This document shows positions 1-8,928 of a stretch of DNA of 64,000 nt, piece by piece; within the stretch, counting starts at the first letter, position 1, and every line of letters begins with the position of its first letter. The notes under the pieces were generated by a model. That model worked only from the letters and a program-made list of their open reading frames with translations, ran no database searches and was not told where the DNA came from. Both the position numbers and the translations under genes were made by a program. Source of the stretch: Alphaproteobacteria bacterium. GTDB lineage: Bacteria > Pseudomonadota > Alphaproteobacteria > RF32 > CAG-239. The DNA lies in the NCBI GenBank assembly GCA_017465945.1, contig JAFTVD010000008.1, positions 91,144-155,143 of the forward strand. Direction: 5' to 3'.

Positions 1-458
1 TGCCAGGAAGTATTATGCTAATTAAAGATCATATTAATTTTAGTGGAAAAAATCCTTTAGTTGGTCCTAATGATGAAAGTTATGGTCCACGTTTTCCTTC
101 AATGAACAACGCTTATACCTTACTTTTAAGAAAAAAATGTAAAGACATTGCAAAAAATATAGGAATAGAATTAAAAGAAGGTGTTTATTTAATGGTTTTA
201 GGGCCAAATTTTGAAACATCAGCAGAAATAAAGGCATTTCAAATACTAGGTGCAGATGCTGTTGGAATGTCAACCGTTCCAGAAGTGATTTCTGCATCAC
301 ATTGTTCAATGGAAGTGTTAGGTTTTTCTGTTATAACTAATTATGGAGCAGGTATGGTCGATAATACCCCATCTCATCAAGAAACAATATCAGAGGCAAA
401 TAAAGCATCAGAAAAATTAATTCGTTTAGTTACCGAGTTTATTAAAGAAGGAAATTAA
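1..458 (+). CDS. purine nucleoside phosphorylase (trimeric PunA-type), 5' end cut by window edge
   Basis: The frame is open from nt 3 (PGSIMLIKDHINF...). Motif LGPNFETSAEIKAFQILGADAVGMSTVPEV is typical of the PNP/MTAP family. It lies directly upstream of thymidine phosphorylase. Confidence 0.85.
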   Translation, partial: PGSIMLIKDHINFSGKNPLVGPNDESYGPRFPSMNNAYTLLLRKKCKDIAKNIGIELKEGVYLMVLGPNFETSAEIKAFQILGADAVGMSTVPEVISASHCSMEVLGFSVITNYGAGMVDNTPSHQETISEANKASEKLIRLVTEFIKEGN

Positions 459-459
459 T

Positions 460-1770
460 ATGCTACCACAAGAGATTATCCGCAAAACAAGAAATAGAGA
501 AACTTTAACAAAAGAGGAAATATATTTTTTAGTTAAAGGTGTTGCTGATGGAAGCTTAGCCGATATTCAGGCTGCATCATTTACAATGGCAGTATATCTA
601 AATGGGCTAAATAAAGATGAAGTGCTAAACTTAACATTAGCTATGCGAGATTCGGGTGAGGTTTTAAGTTTTGATGATATTGACGCACCAATAGTTGATA
701 AACATTCAACAGGAGGTGTTGGTGATAAGGTAAGTCTTATGTTAGCACCAATGTTGGCATCATGTGGAGCTGTTGTTCCAATGATTGCAGGGCGTGGTCT
801 TGGACATACAGGCGGAACACTAGATAAATTAGATGCTCTAAAAGGTTATAAAACATCAGTTGATATAGATACTTTTAAAAATACAGTAAAAAAAGTAGGA
901 TGTGCAATAATCGGACAAACATCAAATTTAGCACCTGCTGATAAAAAACTTTATGCAATAAGAGATGTGTGCGCAACAGTTGAATCCATTCCGTTAATAA
1001 CAGCTTCAATTTTATCTAAAAAGCTGGCTGCGGGATTAAAATATCTTGTTATGGATATAAAATGCGGAAATGGTGCCTTTATGGAAAATAAAAAAAGAGC
1101 TAAAGAGCTAGCTTCTTCTATTGTTAATGTTGCAAATGGTGCAGGGACTAAAACCACAGCACTTCTAACAGATATGAGTAGTGTTTTAGGGACAAGTGTT
1201 GGTAATGCTTTAGAATTAAAAGAAGCACTTGATTATTTAAAAGGAGAAAAAATTAACACAAGATTAGATGTTGTAACCAAAGAGTTATGTAGCGAGCTTC
1301 TTATAAATTGCGGGATAGCATCCTCTAAAGGTTCAGCTCTAAAAATGTTAGAGCAAAGTATAAATAAAGGATATGCTTTTGATAAATTTATTAAAATGGC
1401 AGAATGTTTGGGTGCTGACACAAGTATTTTAGATAATTATGAAAATAAATTACCTAAAGCAAAGTATATAAAGCCAATATTCTCAATAAAAGAGGGATAT
1501 GTTACAAGTATGGATACAAGAAAGATAGGTCTTGGGGTTATAATGCTTGGTGGCGGTAGGGTTAATCCAACTCAAAAGATAAATTATACAACAGGTTTTA
1601 CATCATTTTGCCAAATAGGGGATAAAGTAGATAAAAAAACACCTTTATGCTATATTCATGCAGAAGATGAAGACAAAATACAAGAAGTATCAAAATTAAT
1701 AACAGATTCTATAGAAATAAGCGATAAAAAAGTTAAAACCTCTCCAATAATCATAGATAAAGTATCATAA
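460..1770 (+). CDS. deoA: thymidine (pyrimidine-nucleoside) phosphorylase
   Basis: 436 aa. DKHSTGGVGDKVSLMLAPMLASCG and GRGLGHTGGTLDKL are the hallmark glycosyltransferase family 3 / TP motifs. Confidence 0.9.
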   Translation: MLPQEIIRKTRNRETLTKEEIYFLVKGVADGSLADIQAASFTMAVYLNGLNKDEVLNLTLAMRDSGEVLSFDDIDAPIVDKHSTGGVGDKVSLMLAPMLASCGAVVPMIAGRGLGHTGGTLDKLDALKGYKTSVDIDTFKNTVKKVGCAIIGQTSNLAPADKKLYAIRDVCATVESIPLITASILSKKLAAGLKYLVMDIKCGNGAFMENKKRAKELASSIVNVANGAGTKTTALLTDMSSVLGTSVGNALELKEALDYLKGEKINTRLDVVTKELCSELLINCGIASSKGSALKMLEQSINKGYAFDKFIKMAECLGADTSILDNYENKLPKAKYIKPIFSIKEGYVTSMDTRKIGLGVIMLGGGRVNPTQKINYTTGFTSFCQIGDKVDKKTPLCYIHAEDEDKIQEVSKLITDSIEISDKKVKTSPIIIDKVS

Positions 1771-1772
1771 AA

Positions 1773-3068
1773 TTAAGCTTTTGTTTTATTGGATGGTTTT
1801 CTTGGTTGTGGTTTTACTCTAAAGTCTGCCCATGATTTGAAATTTTTAATCCTGTATAAAAGTTGATAGTCAGGCATTCCATCTTGAGGTAATTTCCATT
1901 TTTTCTGTAGCTTTTTTACAGCATTTGCGGTTTTAGAACCATATCTACCGTCTTCTTTAAGCTTTGCTTTTAATATGCGATTAGCAAAACGCTGAACAGT
2001 TAATATGTCCTCATCTGTTAATTTATAATTCATCTTCTCATTTAATTCTTTAAAATTATTATCATTATTTATGTAGTCCGCAAGTTTTACAATAGCTAAA
2101 GCATAATTTGTTGAGCGATTCCATATCATTATTCTTCTAAAATTACTCAAAGTAATATAAGCTCTTCCTCGTCTACCATCAGGGAGGGTGATAACAGCAC
2201 TTGCATCATTAGGTAAAGCTAATTTTTTACCATTGTTCCCAATTACTCCAATTTTTTTCCACTCACTTACTTTTTTATATTTTTTAGGACCAACTAAATT
2301 ATAGTCAAAATTCCATGGTAATATCACTTCTTGTCCCCAAGGTTCATCTTTTTTCCAGCCAAGTTCTGATAGATAGTTTGCCGCACTTGCAATGGCATCA
2401 TCAAAATTATCCCATATGTCAGAAACTCCATCACCATCAAAGTCAACTGCATACGCATTATATGTTGATGGCATAAATTGGAAGTGCCCCATAGCTCCAG
2501 CCCAAGATCCCCTTATTTTGTCACCATCTAAATCATATGTATCCATTATTTTTAAAACATTAAATAATTCTTTCTTGAAAAAAACGGAGCGTCTATTTTT
2601 GTAGCTTAAATTAGTTAGGCTATCAATTAGGTGGTATTTTCCTTTATTAAACCCAAAATGAGTTTCAATAGCCCAAAACGATATAAGATAATTAAGAGGA
2701 ACACCATACTTATCGCTTATTTCTTGGTATTTAGGTTTAAGATTTTGATAATGCTTACGAGCAAGAGATACTTTGTTTTTGTTTATTAGGCGATTTATGT
2801 ATTTATCAGATGTTAAAAGAAATTCTGCTTGTTTTTTATCTTGCAAGACAACTTCTTTAATTTCATGGAAGTAATCCTCTTTATATGCTTTTTTTATGGT
2901 TTTCTTTGAAATACCTTTTTCAAGCATTTCTTCTTTTAAATCTTTAAGCCACTCATTCCATTCAACTCGTTGCTCTTCAATAGGTTTTACCTTTGCATAA
3001 GAAACATTTGAAAAACAAACAAATAAAAATGTTAATACTAAAAACTTTTTTATCATAAAAACCGCCAT
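1773..3068 (-). CDS. lytic murein transglycosylase (MltB/SLT_2-like) with C-terminal peptidoglycan-binding domain
   Basis: The N-terminal signal peptide is MIKKFLVLTFLFVCFSNVSYA. Also seen are WAGAMGHFQFMPSTY and a PG_binding_1-like tail (LQKKWKLPQDGMPDYQL). The true start may be the second ATG at 3056. Confidence 0.8.
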   Translation of the reverse strand: MAVFMIKKFLVLTFLFVCFSNVSYAKVKPIEEQRVEWNEWLKDLKEEMLEKGISKKTIKKAYKEDYFHEIKEVVLQDKKQAEFLLTSDKYINRLINKNKVSLARKHYQNLKPKYQEISDKYGVPLNYLISFWAIETHFGFNKGKYHLIDSLTNLSYKNRRSVFFKKELFNVLKIMDTYDLDGDKIRGSWAGAMGHFQFMPSTYNAYAVDFDGDGVSDIWDNFDDAIASAANYLSELGWKKDEPWGQEVILPWNFDYNLVGPKKYKKVSEWKKIGVIGNNGKKLALPNDASAVITLPDGRRGRAYITLSNFRRIMIWNRSTNYALAIVKLADYINNDNNFKELNEKMNYKLTDEDILTVQRFANRILKAKLKEDGRYGSKTANAVKKLQKKWKLPQDGMPDYQLLYRIKNFKSWADFRVKPQPRKPSNKTKA

Positions 3069-3174
3069 ATTAAAATTATATATTAGTTTATAATATAAAT
3101 ATCTTTAATTTTTCCTAACATTCAACTATTTACTTCATTTTTTTTTATGATAATATAATAAAAAAGGAGAAAAT

Positions 3175-3633
3175 ATGAATATTAAAGAATTTAAAGCGGT
3201 TTTACCAAATTATAAAGCAATACTAGGAATAGATTATGGTTCAAAGCGTATGGGATTGGCTGTATCTGATTTATTAAGAACAATAGCAACATCATATAAA
3301 ATATTATATCGTAAAGACTTAAAGGCAGATATTGAAGAATTAAGAAAAGTAATTAAAGAAAAGGAAATAGGTGCGATTGTTATGGGCTTGCCCTTGCAAA
3401 TGAATGGGCAAGAAGGAGATGTTGCTCAAGAAGTAAAAAAATTTGCTTTGGTCTTAGAAGAAAATTTTGGTTTGCCGATTCTTTTGTGGGATGAAAGATT
3501 ATCATCATCTGCGGTTGAGAAATTTTTGATAAAAGAAGTTGATTTATCTCGCTCTAAAAGAGCAAAGGTTTTAGATGCGAGTGCAGCATCATATATTCTT
3601 CAAGGAGCACTAGATGCTCTTTCATATGCGTAA
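3175..3633 (+). CDS. ruvX: Holliday-junction resolvase-like / pre-16S rRNA nuclease YqgF
   Basis: 152 aa with ILGIDYGSKRMGLAVSD at the N-terminus. An AGGAGA RBS lies upstream. Confidence 0.85.
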   Translation: MNIKEFKAVLPNYKAILGIDYGSKRMGLAVSDLLRTIATSYKILYRKDLKADIEELRKVIKEKEIGAIVMGLPLQMNGQEGDVAQEVKKFALVLEENFGLPILLWDERLSSSAVEKFLIKEVDLSRSKRAKVLDASAASYILQGALDALSYA

Positions 3634-3640
3634 ATATCTG

Positions 3641-3669
3641 TTGTAAACAATCAAAAAATATGCTAAAAT
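3641..3669 (+). promoter_or_regulatory. sigma70-like promoter, TTGTAA-17-TAAAAT with TGn extended -10
   Basis: TTGTAA is at 3641-3646, followed by a 17-nt spacer ending in TGC, then TAAAAT at 3664-3669. It sits about 30 nt upstream of the ATG at 3699. Confidence 0.5.
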
Positions 3670-3698
3670 GAGCTAAATTGCATCAAAGGAGAGCTGAT

Positions 3699-4064
3699 AT
3701 GGTGGAAATAAATGATTTTAAAAATTTTGAAGAATTTATGGTTTACATTAATCAAAATCATGAAAAAATGCAGTATTGGAGCACCAAAGAAACTAAATTA
3801 TTTACCGATAAGGTGGCTAAACTTATAGATGAAAGCCCTGAATTTAAAGAAAAATATGATAAATGGGCAAAAAAGTTGGAATTACAAGCCAAGGCAAAAG
3901 AAGCTAGAATTAAAATTGGAGGAACAATAGAGGAAACAGCATCTTCTAAAGCCTATTTAAGATTAAAAGAAATTCAAAAAGAAAAGCAAAAGAGAAAAGA
4001 AAATTCTCCCAAAACATCTCAAACAGCAAACCAGTTAAGCCGAGGTAGAGCAATAGAAATATAA
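3699..4064 (+). CDS. small hypothetical protein, paralog 1 of a tandem pair (basic C-terminal tail)
   Basis: The ATG at 3699 is preceded by an AAGGAGAG RBS. The ORF-track TTG start at 3678 is unlikely. It aligns with the next ORF: NF-NF-EF...WS-KE...F..(K/R)V..LI....F...Y.K. Confidence 0.6.
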   Translation: MVEINDFKNFEEFMVYINQNHEKMQYWSTKETKLFTDKVAKLIDESPEFKEKYDKWAKKLELQAKAKEARIKIGGTIEETASSKAYLRLKEIQKEKQKRKENSPKTSQTANQLSRGRAIEI

Positions 4065-4073
4065 TTTTTTGTC

Positions 4074-4102
4074 TTGATTTTGTCTCAAAATTGTGATATA
4101 AT
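4074..4102 (+). promoter_or_regulatory. sigma70-like promoter, TTGATT-17-TATAAT with TGn extended -10
   Basis: TTGATT is at 4074-4079, followed by a 17-nt spacer ending in TGA, then TATAAT at 4097-4102. A GAGGAGA RBS precedes the ATG at 4139. Confidence 0.6.
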
Positions 4103-4138
4103 TCATCTATTGTGGTAGAAAAAAAGAGGAGATAGAAT

Positions 4139-4444
4139 ATGGCAAATGAAGAGATGAATTTTAATAATTTTGGCGAATTTATTGATTTTTGTAAAACAGC
4201 CAATACAGATGATTGGTCAAAAGATGAAATAGCACGATTTAATAAAAGAGTTAATTCTTTAATTGTTGATGATGATGATTTTAGAAATAATTACGGCAAG
4301 TTAAATAATAATTTGAAAAAATTAGGTGTACGTTTTAGTATAACAGAGAAAAGAAAGAAGTTATCTCTTATGAAATCAAGAGATAAATATAGAAAAAATA
4401 AAGCAAAATATCGCATACTTAGTATACAATCAAAGATAAGATAA
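4139..4444 (+). CDS. small hypothetical protein, paralog 2 of the tandem pair (Lys/Arg-rich tail)
   Basis: 101 aa with a strong RBS. The N-terminal ~55 aa are collinear with 3699..4064. Confidence 0.6.
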   Translation: MANEEMNFNNFGEFIDFCKTANTDDWSKDEIARFNKRVNSLIVDDDDFRNNYGKLNNNLKKLGVRFSITEKRKKLSLMKSRDKYRKNKAKYRILSIQSKIR

Positions 4445-4468
4445 AAAGGAGCTAAAAGCTCCTTTTTT
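4445..4468. terminator. bidirectional intrinsic terminator
   Basis: Hairpin GGAGC-taaaa-GCTCC is flanked by an A-run and a T-run. It lies between convergent genes. Confidence 0.7.
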
Positions 4469-5543
4469 AATATACTTTATCGCTATTTATTTCAGTTCCG
4501 CCCCATTCAATTACGACAAATCCATTTCTTTTAGGAGAGGGTTCTAAAATTTGTTCTTTAATTTTAATAGGACTATCAAGCCCTTTATAAGCCATCATAA
4601 CTCTGATCAATGTGTCAGGCTTAGGTTCAATATTTAATGGCATATATTTGTTTTGAACTTCCATACTCGCAAATTTGATAAAGTTATATGGGTTGTTTTC
4701 GAGTTTTGGCAACCAATATATGATAAACTCGTTTGCCTCTCTCTCATTTAAGCCAAGAATAGCAAGTTTTTCTTCCAAAAATGTTATAGAATCACTACCT
4801 TTTACCACAAAGCCTTCATCTAATTTAATTTTGGGAGCATTTTTTCCTTCCCAATAAAGTCCGTAATAATAGCGATTGTTATAAGTTAAATCTCCGTTGG
4901 GCTTAGCAGTAACTACCCATTTATTCTCATACTTAGGATATGAATGAGATATTTTTTGAGGGTTACCTAGTTGAACCGCAATTTCTGTTTCTTCTTCTGG
5001 GTACAAATAGATAATTGGTTTAAAAACATCAGGAGGTTGTAGAGCTTTTATTTTAAATTTATATCCTATTTCTGAAATATAGTCATAAAATCTACAATCA
5101 ATATGAGAATTAACAAATCTAATAGGGTTCTTGCAATCCTCTTCTTGTGTCTTATATGTTATAAATAAACTTTTAGCAATAAACAAAAGGAAACAAATTA
5201 TAAAAATAAAACAACATAAAAGCAGTTTTTTATTAGTCTTTGTTCTAATATTTTTTTCATTATTTAGGATATTATCATTATTCGTTTTTTTATTTACTGT
5301 TTTTTTCTTTGTCTTTTTATCTTTTTCACCATTGTCCTTATGGGGAGAGGTGTTTTTTTTTGCTTTTTGAGTTTTCTTTATAGTGTCAAAATTAAGCGTA
5401 TTCTCTTTATTAGGGGTAGTATTTTTATTCTTTTTGCCACCCTTTGTTTCTTTGGGTTTAATCTCTACTTTTTTTGCCTTTTTAGACACATCAGCTTGAG
5501 GAGTTGTCTTCACTTTTGCCGTTGATTTTTTTTGATTGGTCAT
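4467..5543 (-). CDS. membrane-anchored hypothetical protein (Lys-rich disordered N-terminus, 1 TM, conserved C-terminal domain)
   Basis: 358 aa. The first ~105 aa are K/T/N-rich, followed by a TM (LLLCCFIFIICFLLFIA). The globular C-terminal part contains KPIIYLYPEEETEI...YYGLYWEG...IIYWLPKLE. I do not recognise the family. Confidence 0.6.
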   Translation of the reverse strand: MTNQKKSTAKVKTTPQADVSKKAKKVEIKPKETKGGKKNKNTTPNKENTLNFDTIKKTQKAKKNTSPHKDNGEKDKKTKKKTVNKKTNNDNILNNEKNIRTKTNKKLLLCCFIFIICFLLFIAKSLFITYKTQEEDCKNPIRFVNSHIDCRFYDYISEIGYKFKIKALQPPDVFKPIIYLYPEEETEIAVQLGNPQKISHSYPKYENKWVVTAKPNGDLTYNNRYYYGLYWEGKNAPKIKLDEGFVVKGSDSITFLEEKLAILGLNEREANEFIIYWLPKLENNPYNFIKFASMEVQNKYMPLNIEPKPDTLIRVMMAYKGLDSPIKIKEQILEPSPKRNGFVVIEWGGTEINSDKVY

Positions 5544-5668
5544 AATAAATTCCTTTCGTTCTATATAAATTATAAGTGGTATTTACAGCAAAAATGTTTA
5601 AAATGAATTAAAGAGAGAATCATTCTCTATGACTCTCTCTCTTTAAAAAAGCTTTTATATTAAATAAG

Positions 5669-8600
5669 TTAAGCGACTTTTCTTACATCAAAGTTTACTT
5701 TATCTCCACCCAATTCTTCAATGCTTGCATCTAAAATGTTTGGATTCTCAATAATCTCTAATGCCAAAACTTGCTCTTTAATGTATTCTGCATATTCGCT
5801 AATTGCAGATTTTACAGTTGTGTTATTAGAATTGTACTCTAACTTAATTCTATCTGTGATATCAAAATCTTTAGTTTTGCGAAGAGCTTGAATCATACGA
5901 ACAAAGTCACGAGCGATTCCTTCTTTTTCAAGATTTTCATCAACATTTGTATCTAAAATAACAACAGCAGTATTATCAGGAAGTGAAGCTCCACTCATAC
6001 CTTCATTGATTACCAAACGAAGCTCATATTCTTCAGCCATCAATGTTTGACCTGCAATAGATAGAGTTCCATCTTCATTTTGTTGCCATTCATTGGTTTT
6101 AGATTTAGCCATAATATCTTTCATATAACAACCTAATCTCTTACCAATAAGAGGTGTTTTTAAGTATAAGAAACGACTAGCAACGCCATCAATCTTAGAT
6201 TCTAAAATAACCTCTTTGACATTAACTTCGTCTTTTAGGCTTTCAACAAAATCTTTTAATGTTTCAGCATTGTCGCCGGCAACAATCATAGATTTTAATG
6301 GTAAACGATTACGAAGTTTATTTTCTTCACGAATAGCTTTTGCAACAGAAGAAATTGCTCTAACCATATCCATTTGTTTGATGAGTTTTTCATTATTTGT
6401 AATTGTATCTAACTTTGGTGTATCTGTTAGATGAACAGAAGCACCATCACATAGACCTCTATATACAAATTCACTCATAAATGGCATCAAAGGAGCAGAA
6501 ATCTTTGCTATATTAACAAGTACAGTATAAAGAGTGTTAAACGCACTTAAATCATCACCACTCCAAAAACGTGCACGAGAACGACGGATGTACCAGTTAT
6601 TAAGAATTTCTAAGAAGTCCTCTATTTCAGCACATGCTCTAGCAATCTCATATGTTTCCATATATGTTGTAGCATTGTTAACAGTTGTTTTTAACTTTGC
6701 TAAAATATAAGTATCTAATACATCATTTGAAGATGTGATTTCATTTGCTTTTATACCTTCTGCATTTGCATATAATGTAAAGAAGTAATAAGCATTCCAG
6801 AAAGGAATAAGAGCTTTACGAGCCGCTTTTGCTATCTCTTTACCTTCTTTATCAACAGCCAAATTACCACCTTTTAATACAGGAGAAGAAACCAAGAACC
6901 ATCTAAGAGCATCTGAACCTATTGTGTTCAAAATTTCATTAGGGTCAGGATAGTTCTTTAAGCGTTTAGAAAGCTTTTGTCCGCCTTCTGCCATTAATAA
7001 ACCAGTGCACACGCAATTCTTAAATGCAGGTCTATTATGAAGAGCGGTTGAAAGAACAGTTAATGTATAGAACCAACCTCTTGTTTGATCCATAGCTTCC
7101 ACAATAAAGTCTGCTGGAAAGTGATTTTCAAACCATTCTTTGTTTTCAAATGGATAATGTACTTGAGCATAAGGCATAGAACCGCTTTCAAACCAGCAGT
7201 CAAATACATCACTAACTCTTCTCATCATTGTTTGACCTGTTGGGTCATCAGGGTTAGGATAAACAACATCATCAATATATGGTTTATGAAGATTTGTTAC
7301 ATCAAATCCTGTTTTTTCTTTAATTTCAGCAATAGAGCCAAATACATCAATTCTTGGGAATTTATGATTATCAGACTTCCATACAGGAATAGGAGTTCCC
7401 CAAAAACGATTACGAGATATTGACCAATCACGAGCCCCTTCTAGCCATTTACCAAAACGACCATCTTTGATGTGACCAGGTATCCAAGTGATTTCTTGAT
7501 TGTTTTTAACCATATCATCTCTAAAGTCTGTAACTTTAACAAACCAAGAACTCATAGCTTTATACATCAATGGAGTATCTGTTCTCCAACAAAATGGATA
7601 AGAGTGAGTGTATTGCTCTTTTTTAACAAGTAGACCATTTGTTTTTAGCCATTGCATAATAGGCTCATTTGTTTCAAAAACTTGGATTCCAGCATAATCT
7701 GTAACTTCACTTGTGAATTTACCTGCTTCATCAACAGGGCAAACAATAGGGAAGTTTTCATCATAAGCTCTGCATGCTTCAAAGTCATCTTGACCAAAGC
7801 CTGGAGCAATATGCACAACACCTGTACCATCTTCGGTTGAAACAAATTCACCATTTAATACCTTAAAAGCACCTTTTTCTTTTAAGCTACTAAAATAGTT
7901 AAACATAGGTTCATAGCTTAAACCAATTAAATCAGCACCTTTAATCTTTTTAACCAATGTTGCATTCTCTAATTGTTTTTTATAACTTCCTAAACGAGCT
8001 TCTGCTAAAATATATTCTTGCCCATTTTCACCCATTACAACATAGTCAATGTCCTTATTAACAGCAAGCATTAGGTTTGAAGGAAGAGTCCATGGAGTAG
8101 TTGTCCAAACCAAAATCTTTTGACCGGTCTCTAACTTAAACATAACAGTAATAGCGCTATCTGTTTTATCTTGATATCCTTGATTTACTTCAAAGTTAGA
8201 TAATGGAGTTTCAGCAGCCCAAGAATATGGGAGAACTCTATAATCTTCATAAACAAGACCTTTATCGTATAGTTGTTTAAAGTTGCTTATAACACTTTCC
8301 ATAAAAGAAAGATTCATTGTTTTATAATCGTTATTAAAATCAACCCAACGACCAATACGTTTGAAAGTATCAACCCAAATATTAGAGTATTTTAATACGT
8401 CTGTTCTACAAAAATCATTAAATTTTTCAATTCCAAATTCTTCAATTTGTTTACGTCCTGAAACACCTAATTGTTTTTCTGCAGACATTTCTGCAGGAAG
8501 TCCATGGCAGTCCCAACCTAAACGGCGTTCAACTTTTTTGCCATTCATAGTTTGAAAACGAGATACAGCGTCTTTAACATATGACACCATAATATGACCA

Positions 8601-8785
8601 TAGTGAGGAGTTCCATTAGCAAATGGAGGGCCATCATAAAAAACAAACTCTTCAGCATTACTTCTGTTTTTTACAGATTTTTCAAAAGTGTTATCAGCTT
8701 CCCAAAATTTTAAGATATCTTCTTCCATTTGTGGAAAATTGATTTTTGCATTTAATTCTGGATAATATTTTTTCTTCTCAGTCAT
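5669..8785 (-). CDS. ileS: isoleucine--tRNA ligase, type 2 (eukaryote-like)
   Basis: 1038 aa. The HIGH motif appears as PHYGH and KMSKS as KLSKR. The length and a C-terminus without the type-1 zinc-finger tail fit the type-2 architecture. Confidence 0.92.
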   Translation of the reverse strand: MTEKKKYYPELNAKINFPQMEEDILKFWEADNTFEKSVKNRSNAEEFVFYDGPPFANGTPHYGHIMVSYVKDAVSRFQTMNGKKVERRLGWDCHGLPAEMSAEKQLGVSGRKQIEEFGIEKFNDFCRTDVLKYSNIWVDTFKRIGRWVDFNNDYKTMNLSFMESVISNFKQLYDKGLVYEDYRVLPYSWAAETPLSNFEVNQGYQDKTDSAITVMFKLETGQKILVWTTTPWTLPSNLMLAVNKDIDYVVMGENGQEYILAEARLGSYKKQLENATLVKKIKGADLIGLSYEPMFNYFSSLKEKGAFKVLNGEFVSTEDGTGVVHIAPGFGQDDFEACRAYDENFPIVCPVDEAGKFTSEVTDYAGIQVFETNEPIMQWLKTNGLLVKKEQYTHSYPFCWRTDTPLMYKAMSSWFVKVTDFRDDMVKNNQEITWIPGHIKDGRFGKWLEGARDWSISRNRFWGTPIPVWKSDNHKFPRIDVFGSIAEIKEKTGFDVTNLHKPYIDDVVYPNPDDPTGQTMMRRVSDVFDCWFESGSMPYAQVHYPFENKEWFENHFPADFIVEAMDQTRGWFYTLTVLSTALHNRPAFKNCVCTGLLMAEGGQKLSKRLKNYPDPNEILNTIGSDALRWFLVSSPVLKGGNLAVDKEGKEIAKAARKALIPFWNAYYFFTLYANAEGIKANEITSSNDVLDTYILAKLKTTVNNATTYMETYEIARACAEIEDFLEILNNWYIRRSRARFWSGDDLSAFNTLYTVLVNIAKISAPLMPFMSEFVYRGLCDGASVHLTDTPKLDTITNNEKLIKQMDMVRAISSVAKAIREENKLRNRLPLKSMIVAGDNAETLKDFVESLKDEVNVKEVILESKIDGVASRFLYLKTPLIGKRLGCYMKDIMAKSKTNEWQQNEDGTLSIAGQTLMAEEYELRLVINEGMSGASLPDNTAVVILDTNVDENLEKEGIARDFVRMIQALRKTKDFDITDRIKLEYNSNNTTVKSAISEYAEYIKEQVLALEIIENPNILDASIEELGGDKVNFDVRKVA

Positions 8786-8928
8786 GTCTAAATTCCTAAA
8801 ACAAATAAACTTCCACCACCATACTTAAAAAAAGTTACAAAATCAAGTCTATTTTAAAAAAGAATAATTTTCTTAACTGATTTTTTAAACATTTTAGGTT
8901 AGAATCGCAAATAAAAGAGTGTATCTAT

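Noticed and set aside
5608-5648. Hairpin AAAGAGAGA...TCTCTCTTT downstream of ileS as a terminator
   Set aside because: The stem is plausible, but on the ileS (minus) strand the trailing T-run is interrupted (AATTCATTTT). I left it unannotated as low confidence.
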